From positions 11,951 through 75,950 of the forward strand of contig DATEAH010000009.1 in NCBI GenBank assembly GCA_035288465.1: a stretch of DNA of 64,000 bases, given 5' to 3'. The DNA comes from Patescibacteria group bacterium. GTDB lineage: Bacteria > Patescibacteriota > UBA1384 > DATEAH01. Under the pieces are notes generated by a model. The model saw only the letters and a program-made list of their open reading frames with translations. It did no database searches and was not told where the DNA came from. Below, in pieces: positions 57,301-64,000 of this stretch; position 1 is the first letter of the stretch; each line of letters starts with the position of its first letter. Both the position numbers and the translations under genes were made by a program.

Positions 57301-60300
57301 CGAGAAACGTTATTTATCTGACGGCGACCCGGATGTAACTTTTGGCATTAATGGGGTGAAAACTAGTGACGCCGCCAGTAAATATGCTTTTGCAATTGCG
57401 ATTGACGCGACTCAAATGTATGTGGTGGGTCAAGATGAAACGCCGGATATTCGTATTGAAAATAGATTGCTTTCTGATGGCAGTTTGGATTTGACTTTTG
57501 GTTTAAATGGGGTGAAAACTAGCGACGCCGCAAGTGTTGTCGCCCAAGATATTGCCATTGACGACCAATATATGTATTTGACAGGGTCCAACACTACCCC
57601 GGACTGGCGAACTGAAAAACGCCTCTTATCTGATGGCAGTTATGATTTAGGTTTTGGTACTAACGGTGTTGCGACTAGTGCCTCAGCGAGTGACTACGCT
57701 TTTGGTATCGTGATTGATGCAAATGATATGTACATCGCCGGTAGTGAATACGCAGCCGATTGGCAGTGGCGGGTTGAAAAAAGAAGTTTATCTGACAGCT
57801 CTTTAAATACAATTTATGGAAGTCTTAATAATAATTACAAATTTACTCATCCGGCGGCTGGCAGCGCCATCTCTACTGGCGGTTCAGATGACCAAAGGAT
57901 GACTTTTGCCAATCCTTCAGGTGCCTCTTTTGATTATTATCTCACCTTTGGCAATGTGACTAAATACACTGGTGCGAATGCGATTCTGGTCTATTATGAA
58001 GGCAACACCTCTACTGCCAGTTTAACCTATAAAATTAAAATCTATAATTTTACCACTCCAGGCTGGGAAGATTTATCTAGCACTGTTTTTGCTAATACTT
58101 CAGATACTGCATATCAATTTGCCAAAGCTCCCATTGCCAATCTTGATGATTACATCTCTGATGGCAATATCAGGATTGGTTTTTACACCAATACCACTCA
58201 AGCTGGTACTTTTTCTGTTGATTACGTTTATGCCACCCTGGGTAGCGTGATTTCCGATGCTGGCAATTCTGAATTAACTTTTGGCGCCACCAATGGCGGC
58301 TCTTCATCATTAAATAGCCAATCCATAGATACAAGTTCAACCTCGCCTTCTACCTGGCAGATAAATACTTCAAATACCGGTGCAAATCCTTATGCTTCAG
58401 ATTGGGCAGGACAATATAGTGTCAATCAGCAAGCCACCGCTTTAATTGATTTTTCAACTACTTTAGGGAATAATACCCCCACCACTGGTATCAGATATGC
58501 TTTTCGGATGTTAACTGCTTCCACCAGTTTGACTTGGCAAGGGTATCAACAAGATTATTCGGGATTAATCGGCACTGTTGGCGGTTGGTTAGCAGCTGGT
58601 ACAACCAATAGTTCCGATTCAACATATACATATACCGAAGGCTGGAATGGCACCACTTTTAGAAATAATGAAAATTATCTCAATACTTTCGAAAATACCT
58701 TGAATTTAAAATTAAAACCGACTGCCAGTACCCGAGGTACCCAGTTAACCACCAATTGGGATTTTGCTTTTGCCTCTTTGCGTTGGTATGAAAATTCAGC
58801 CAACGCCCATTATAATTTTCAACTCACCCCAACCAATAGCAGTATTACTTTAGGTTCAGATATCGATCCTCAAGATGCGGTGCAAAATGTTGGTTCTTGG
58901 CGGGCCGCCTTAGCTTCAGATGATAATAGATGGGTAATTAAAAATGACCCTACCGCCGGACTTGATGCTAGAATCAGCCTTGATAATATTGACTTAAACT
59001 CCGGCAACAAAATGATGATTACTTATGAAGGCTCAGTCTCATATGCCTCAGCTTATTATTTTGTCCAAATTTATGACAATGTAAGTTCGGTTTGGCGAAC
59101 TTTAAATGACCGAGAAGTAGCTTTAAATAATACCACCGAAACTAGTCCATATTATTTTTCAATTTTCAACGGTTACTGGAATGATGGCGGGGGTTCTGTT
59201 AACGCGCCTTTGAGTAATTTTATCACCAACGATGCCAATAAACGGGTTCAGATTAGATTTTATTCGACGACGAACATTGTTGGATTTACCTTAGCAATAG
59301 ACCGTGTGCAGGCCGAAGTCGCGACTGATCCGGTTTATTGGCCAAGTAATTTTAATTTATCAAGCGGCAGTGATGGGATTATGGATGGCGTTGTCGCTAG
59401 TGATAGCATTCGCGCTATGGCGAAGGATACCAGCTATATGTATGTGGTAGGTAATGATAGCACTCCTGACTGGCGAGTTGAAAAAAGAAGTTTAATAAGC
59501 GGCAGTTTGGATACTGGTTTTGGCACCAATGGCGTAGCCACCGGCGCTTCGGCAAGCAACTGGGCTTATGCCATTGCTATTGATGCTAACTTTATGTACG
59601 TTGCAGGGGGTGATAGTACTCCTGATTTGCGCATTGAAAAACGCAGATTGTCTGATGGCAGTTTAGATGTAGGTTTTGGCACCAATGGCGTGGTTACTGG
59701 AGCATCGTCTAGTAATGGAATTTCGACCATTGCCATTGATTCTACCTATATGTATGTGGCTGGGTGGGATAGCACTCCTAATTGGCGCATTGAAAAACGC
59801 AGCTTGTCTAATGGCAGTTTAGATTTAGGTTTTGGCAATAATGGCGTCATTACCAGCGATTCGGATGGCGATTATGCTCAAGCTATTGCCATTGACACTA
59901 ATTTTATGTATGTGGCGGGAATAACCGGCGCTCCTAATTGGCGCATTGAAAAACGCAGCTTATCCGACGGCAGTTTAGATTTAGGTTTTGGCACCAATGG
60001 CGTAATCGCTTGCGACCCAGCAAGCAATGATCTGGGGGGGATTGCTGTAGCTGCCGGTTTTATGTATATAGCAGGTTTTGATGACACTTTTAATTGGCGC
60101 ATTGAAAAACGCAACTTATCCGACGGTACTCCGGATAATGGTTTTGGCACCAACGGTGTCGTCACCGGCGACCCGGCGAGCAACAGGGCTTATGCCATTG
60201 CCATTGATGCTACCTATATGTATGTAGCGGGACGCGATGAAAATACTAAATGGCGCATTGAAAAACGCAACTTATCCGACGGTACTCCGGATAATGTTTT

Positions 60301-63300
60301 TGGCACCAACGGTGTCGTCACCGGCGATGTAACCAGTTTTGTTGCTTTTGCCATTACTATTGATGCCAGCAAAATATATACGGCAGGTTCTGATTGGGTG
60401 GGTAACTGGCACATTGACAAAAGAGCTCTTTCTGACGGTGCCTTAGATACATCTTCTGGCTCAGGTTTTGGCAATGTTGATTATAATACTTACAAAGCCA
60501 CTCATCCAATTGCCACGACAGCAATTTCTTCGGGCGGTTCGGATGATCAATACCTAGCTGTTCAGAATATCTCTGGTCAATCGTTTGACTTTTATCTGAC
60601 TTTCGGCAATGTTGCCACCTATACCGGTGCTAATGCCCTTTTTGTTTATTATGAAGGTAAAACCTCAGCGGCAGGTTTAACCTACAAAATTAAAATCTAT
60701 AATTTTACTACCCCCGGCTGGGAGGATTTATCAGCCACGGTTTTTGCTAACACCACTGATACAGCCTACCAGTTTGCCAAGGCTCCGATTGCAAATCTCG
60801 ATGACTACATTTCGGGCGGGAATATTCGGATTGGTTTTTACACACCTTCCACCACAGCTGGGAGCTTTAGTATTGATTATCTTTATCTGATGCCGGGTTC
60901 AGTGATTGACAATGCCGCTAATTCGGAAATATCTTTTGGCACAGAAGCGGGCGGTACCGCCGCCACCGGGACGCAAAGCTTGGATACAAGCTTAGGAGCA
61001 GGCGCCGAAAATTATTGGGGAGTCACCACCGCGACAACTGCCACTAATCCTTATTTTGGCGACTGGTCAGGAACCTACAGCACAAATGATAACGGCGCCG
61101 CTAATATCTCCTTTCCGGTGACAATGCCCGCCAACGCTAAAGTGACTAACACCAGGTCTGTGGCAAGGTATTTGTCTAATTCAGCCGCAAACACGATTGA
61201 ATACGCTTTTAAAGATTATGGCGGAGCTTTGGGAACAACCGGCGGTTGGGTTGATCCGGGCGCTGTCAGCAATAACTCTTCCACTTATTCTATAAATTAC
61301 TATCGGCAAACCACAAATCCCGAAGATTTTATCAATACCTCAACTAACAAAATGAACATGAAAATCAGAACCACCGCCAGCACTGATGCTAATTTGGTCA
61401 CTTACCGCTGGGATTTTGCTTTCGTCACTTTTGCTTGGACAACCGAAGAAGATCACCCTTCGGGTTCTCATCAATTCACCGGTACAGGCGGTTCTTTAGA
61501 AGTTGGGATAGGCATGGCGTTGTCATCAACTAATTATGGCAGCTGGCGCGGGACTTTAGCGTCTGATAATGGTTACTGGCAAAACCAAAATTCAGCTTCG
61601 GGTTTAGATGTGCGAGTCAGCATCGATGGTGTTAAACTCAACAATGCCAACAAAATGATTATCACTTATGAGGGCATGGTTTCCAACGCGGCCTTAACTT
61701 ATTATGTCCAAATATATGATAATACCGCTGGTTTCTGGCGGACCCTAAATGATCGAGGCGCCCTATTAACCAGCACCACCGAATCAACTTATTATTTCTC
61801 CATCTTCGACGGTTTTTGGGGTTCAAGTACTCCCTTATCAAACTTTATCACCAGTGATGCCAACAAACGAGTTCAATTAAGAATCTATTCCGAATATACT
61901 GGCACGGCCTACACCCAATCTGTTGACCGATTCCAACTTGAGGTTGCCACGGATCCTGTTTATTGGGCTAAAGACCAGACAGTCTTGGCGGGTGGAGATG
62001 GGGTAATTACTAGTGCTGCTGATGGCTATGAAGCCACTGATGTTGCCAAAGATGATACCTATATGTATGTGTTTGGAAACAATGAATCTTTTGATTGGCG
62101 GGTTGAAAAAAGAAAGTTATCCGATGGCACCCTAGATGTTGGTTTTGGTAATAATGGTGTTGTTTCAAGCCCGGGAGCAAGTAATTATGCTGAAGCCATT
62201 ACTATTGACTCGACTTATATGTATATCGTAGGTAGTAATTGGACAACTGAGGACAAAATACGAGTTGAAAAACGTCGTTTGTCTGATGGTAGCTTAGATA
62301 TGAGCTTCGGCACAAATGGTGTAATTTTAGGTGATTCAAGTAGTTCTTATGCTTACGCCATTGATGTTGACTCAACTTATATGTACATAGTTGGAACTGA
62401 TGACACTCCTGACTGGCGAATTGAGAAACGTTATTTATCTGATGGCAGCTTAGATTTAAGTTTTGGGAATAATGGTATTATCACTTGCGATCCTTTAAGT
62501 TATGCAGCATTAGCAATTATTATTGATAATAATTTTATGTATATTACCGGGAGAGATGAAACGGCAGATTGGCGCATTGAAAAAAGGGCTCTTTCAAATG
62601 GTGATTTAGATTTAGGTTTTGGCGATCAAGGTGTAATCACCGGTGACCCGGCAGGTTTCGCGGCTAATAATCTTGCCATTAATGACACGTATATGTATGT
62701 CGTTGGAAATATCCCAACCCCTGATTGGCGCATTGAAAAAAGAGCTTTACTTGATGGTAGTTTGGACTTAAGTTTTGGCAATAATGGTGTTATTTCAGGT
62801 GATCCATCCAGTAATACTCCATATGATATTACTATTGATTCAAATTATATGTATGTTACCGGAGATCAATGGGCGGCTGGATATGACTGGCGAATTGAAA
62901 AACGAGCCCTCTCAGACGGTGCTCCAGATTTAGGTTTTGGCACCAACGGGGTGATCACCGGTGATGTAGCCACATATCGGTCTTATGGCATTGTTAAAGA
63001 CTCAAATGATATGTATGTGGTTGGGGGTGACGGTTCTGATTGGCGAATTGAAAAACGAGCCCTCTCAAATGGTGCCCTAAATACTATCTTTGGCAGTCTT
63101 AATAATAATTACAAATTTACCCACCCGGCGGCTGGCAGCGCTATTTCCACTGGCGGTTCAGATGATCAGAAGTTGGCTTATGTCAATCCTTCAGGTGCCT
63201 CTTTTGATTATTATTTAACTTTTGGCAATGTCGCTACTTATACTGGCGCAAATGCAATTTTGGTCTATTACGAGGGTATGACTTCCACCGCTAGCCTTAC

Positions 63301-64000
63301 CTACAAACTTAAGATATATAATTTTACTAATTTGAACTGGGAAGATTTATCCTCAACTGCTCTTGTCAATACGGCAGATACTGCCTATCAGTTTGCCAAA
63401 GCGCCCATTGCAAACCTCGATGATTATATCCAAGGCGGCAATATCCGGATTGGTTTTTATACCTCTACCACCCAAGCCGGCACTTTTTCTGTCGATTATA
63501 TTTATGCCACCCTGGGCAGTGTGATTTCTGATGCGGGGAATGCCCAAATCTCTTTTGGCTCAACTGACGGTTCAAGCGCTTTAAACACCCAAAACCTCGA
63601 TGCTTCTTTAGCCAGTCCTGCTGTTTATGGCGTAAATACTGCCACCACTGCCGCCAGTTTTTACGCGAATGATTATGCACCAGGTCTATATAATGTTGCT
63701 CAAAATGGGGCCGCGAATATCAATTTTAACATCACACCCACTAATAATACTTTTGTGACCGGTATTCGATATGCGGCGCGTTATCGTTCTAATTCAACTT
63801 TACTGACAGTCCAGCCTAATGTTTTTGATTACAGCGGTTTACTTGGGGTATCAGGCGGCTGGTTAGCGGTCGGCACCACCAATGCCCTTACTACCTATAC
63901 TTATTCTGAAGGTTTTCATAATGCCACGAATAATAACGCTTGGGGTTTTAATAACGATCTTTCTAATATGCGTTTGAGAACTACCGCCAGTACTTTAGGC
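54329..64000 (+). CDS. giant N-terminally membrane-anchored surface repeat protein (>3,224 aa, 3' end beyond window)
   Basis: GGGAGGGG RBS then ATG 54329; hand translation stop-free to window end (9,672 nt = 3,224 codons); two N-terminal hydrophobic helices then repeated A/B/C modules and delta-60-like ~45-aa repeats. Confidence 0.75.
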   Translation, partial: MPFEIQPSFILIILAFLGIFVFWYPKTRVLIIKYSKLFWKIILICLNNLSKLYKIISIYWEKYIFVYFRTREKEQIRGLTKIAIILIIFSFILNSFGLEPDSPQKAVAGYQWTPSGGSVITGSEYNTQDAIANTPSYRALMSSDDVRWLTKYDPAAGLDKRTYIDGVQLQGANKMFITYEGYASDAAGNYTVEIYDNTDFVWRTLNWRGTAFTNTSDSTYTFEIYNGFWQSGGNPVNTPLSRFVTGDANKRVSIRVYSAVTGGRIHYWDRLQVEVGIDPVYYTNSLTKLNGWTGAITNDYTWTNYADDQRMVAANQAGTPLDFYLSYTGIQTYPSANTIFVDFQGSVSNAALTYQLQIYNFTGLSWENLNTTLLANTTETSYYFAKNNVTLADYISANEARIRIYTATGNTYTLSADRVYITVGSTNTDQGLCQVSFGTEAGGTNCSNTRTIDTSSAESTWQQTTATTAAAGYYPGDYAGTWGTNYSASANLSVPITIPDSTAVTGIKYTARFRSNVTTNTMMPSLKDMSGINTSVVGTGYAAPGGWVDVSASNALTTYSTLEPAAYTLSTSSEDFINTESDLANIRMRTSASTATGSVTRDWDFALIAIRWLADDTVAADNPQYVATSGSLQTGTAVAVGATNTASYSGTLNSENYYWQNQNSASGLDVRVNIDGVKLNNANKMIITYEGMVSNAALVYYVQIYDNTNSLWRTLNDRGAALTSITESSYYFSIFNGFWGADTPLSNFITSDANKRVQLRIYSEYKGTAYTQSIDRLQLEVATDPIYWAKDQTVLAGGDGAVTSTGTNARAFDITKDSSYTYAVGYCGNDWCIEKRRISDGSLVNDFGNNGLVIGTISSNNATALAIDATYMYIVGNTGGFPSNFYYEKRNLIDGNLDLGFGTNGVITGDPDSNMATSIVIDNSNMYVIGYDDSNNLRIEKRSLTNGTLDAGFGTNGVITGDPSSNIAEDIAIDNEFMYVVGADDTPDWRIEKRYLSDGDPDVTFGINGVKTSDAASKYAFAIAIDATQMYVVGQDETPDIRIENRLLSDGSLDLTFGLNGVKTSDAASVVAQDIAIDDQYMYLTGSNTTPDWRTEKRLLSDGSYDLGFGTNGVATSASASDYAFGIVIDANDMYIAGSEYAADWQWRVEKRSLSDSSLNTIYGSLNNNYKFTHPAAGSAISTGGSDDQRMTFANPSGASFDYYLTFGNVTKYTGANAILVYYEGNTSTASLTYKIKIYNFTTPGWEDLSSTVFANTSDTAYQFAKAPIANLDDYISDGNIRIGFYTNTTQAGTFSVDYVYATLGSVISDAGNSELTFGATNGGSSSLNSQSIDTSSTSPSTWQINTSNTGANPYASDWAGQYSVNQQATALIDFSTTLGNNTPTTGIRYAFRMLTASTSLTWQGYQQDYSGLIGTVGGWLAAGTTNSSDSTYTYTEGWNGTTFRNNENYLNTFENTLNLKLKPTASTRGTQLTTNWDFAFASLRWYENSANAHYNFQLTPTNSSITLGSDIDPQDAVQNVGSWRAALASDDNRWVIKNDPTAGLDARISLDNIDLNSGNKMMITYEGSVSYASAYYFVQIYDNVSSVWRTLNDREVALNNTTETSPYYFSIFNGYWNDGGGSVNAPLSNFITNDANKRVQIRFYSTTNIVGFTLAIDRVQAEVATDPVYWPSNFNLSSGSDGIMDGVVASDSIRAMAKDTSYMYVVGNDSTPDWRVEKRSLISGSLDTGFGTNGVATGASASNWAYAIAIDANFMYVAGGDSTPDLRIEKRRLSDGSLDVGFGTNGVVTGASSSNGISTIAIDSTYMYVAGWDSTPNWRIEKRSLSNGSLDLGFGNNGVITSDSDGDYAQAIAIDTNFMYVAGITGAPNWRIEKRSLSDGSLDLGFGTNGVIACDPASNDLGGIAVAAGFMYIAGFDDTFNWRIEKRNLSDGTPDNGFGTNGVVTGDPASNRAYAIAIDATYMYVAGRDENTKWRIEKRNLSDGTPDNVFGTNGVVTGDVTSFVAFAITIDASKIYTAGSDWVGNWHIDKRALSDGALDTSSGSGFGNVDYNTYKATHPIATTAISSGGSDDQYLAVQNISGQSFDFYLTFGNVATYTGANALFVYYEGKTSAAGLTYKIKIYNFTTPGWEDLSATVFANTTDTAYQFAKAPIANLDDYISGGNIRIGFYTPSTTAGSFSIDYLYLMPGSVIDNAANSEISFGTEAGGTAATGTQSLDTSLGAGAENYWGVTTATTATNPYFGDWSGTYSTNDNGAANISFPVTMPANAKVTNTRSVARYLSNSAANTIEYAFKDYGGALGTTGGWVDPGAVSNNSSTYSINYYRQTTNPEDFINTSTNKMNMKIRTTASTDANLVTYRWDFAFVTFAWTTEEDHPSGSHQFTGTGGSLEVGIGMALSSTNYGSWRGTLASDNGYWQNQNSASGLDVRVSIDGVKLNNANKMIITYEGMVSNAALTYYVQIYDNTAGFWRTLNDRGALLTSTTESTYYFSIFDGFWGSSTPLSNFITSDANKRVQLRIYSEYTGTAYTQSVDRFQLEVATDPVYWAKDQTVLAGGDGVITSAADGYEATDVAKDDTYMYVFGNNESFDWRVEKRKLSDGTLDVGFGNNGVVSSPGASNYAEAITIDSTYMYIVGSNWTTEDKIRVEKRRLSDGSLDMSFGTNGVILGDSSSSYAYAIDVDSTYMYIVGTDDTPDWRIEKRYLSDGSLDLSFGNNGIITCDPLSYAALAIIIDNNFMYITGRDETADWRIEKRALSNGDLDLGFGDQGVITGDPAGFAANNLAINDTYMYVVGNIPTPDWRIEKRALLDGSLDLSFGNNGVISGDPSSNTPYDITIDSNYMYVTGDQWAAGYDWRIEKRALSDGAPDLGFGTNGVITGDVATYRSYGIVKDSNDMYVVGGDGSDWRIEKRALSNGALNTIFGSLNNNYKFTHPAAGSAISTGGSDDQKLAYVNPSGASFDYYLTFGNVATYTGANAILVYYEGMTSTASLTYKLKIYNFTNLNWEDLSSTALVNTADTAYQFAKAPIANLDDYIQGGNIRIGFYTSTTQAGTFSVDYIYATLGSVISDAGNAQISFGSTDGSSALNTQNLDASLASPAVYGVNTATTAASFYANDYAPGLYNVAQNGAANINFNITPTNNTFVTGIRYAARYRSNSTLLTVQPNVFDYSGLLGVSGGWLAVGTTNALTTYTYSEGFHNATNNNAWGFNNDLSNMRLRTTASTLG
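56300..64000 (+). repeat. tandem ~2.64-kb intragenic supermodules (x3+ within the giant gene), ~88-90% DNA identity between copies
   Basis: e.g. ACTGGCAAAACCAAAATTCAGCTTC…GATGGTGTTAAACTCAACAATGCCAACAAAATGATTAT at 56.30k and 61.57k; CTTAATAATAATTACAAATTTAC…GGCGGTTCAGATGA at 57.82k and 63.10k. Confidence 0.7.

Noticed and set aside
56986-60474. Minus-strand 86-101-aa ORFs (56986..57285, 59878..60183, 60214..60474) inside the giant gene
   Set aside because: Antisense to the delta-60-like repeat arrays; repetitive Pro/Leu/Val-rich mirror frames with no starts or RBS context.
1-64000. CRISPR arrays, integrases/transposases, rRNA genes
   Set aside because: No regularly spaced direct repeats with unique spacers, no recombinase or transposase motifs, and no rRNA-like sequence anywhere in the window.

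Overview
AT-rich (~33-35% GC) bacterial segment. Gene content (four-helix-bundle '23S IVS' protein, short AspRS, bifunctional PGI/PMI, leaderless genes, many small membrane proteins) fits a small-genome Patescibacteria/CPR-like organism; this is inference. Most of the window is housekeeping: pheT (partial) and aspS; a minus-strand rpmF-nusB-nudix-rnc string; leuS; cca; a glycolytic block (eno, two tandem iPGM paralogs, PGI/PMI); murA-mreB; a cell-envelope glycan cluster (GT2, O-antigen-ligase-like, TagA/WecB); nusA, clpC, rel, hisS, lexA; three tRNAs; and a type II R-M pair.

Features worth a second look:
(1) A ~1.1 kb GC-rich ORF-free unit with a near-consensus sigma70 promoter, two UUCG tetraloop hairpins and a clean intrinsic terminator. 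I read it as a candidate large structured ncRNA and could not match it to RNase P, tmRNA or group II intron motifs.
(2) A ~4.4 kb compositional island (47-65% GC) encoding a DHH phosphoesterase, an acidic protein and a translationally coupled membrane-protein/collagen-like-protein pair. It is either HGT from a high-GC donor or an assembly chimera.
(3) LeuRS carries an inserted complete NUDIX hydrolase domain.
(4) A dispersed ~120-bp AT-rich palindromic repeat family has at least five copies, one inserted in-frame inside leuS (reminiscent of Rickettsia RPEs) and carrying a 7-bp x4 tandem repeat.
(5) A giant (>3,224 aa, open at window end) membrane-anchored surface protein is built from ~2.64-kb tandem supermodules with delta-60-like repeats.

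All calls rest on reading motifs by eye; no database search or folding was possible.
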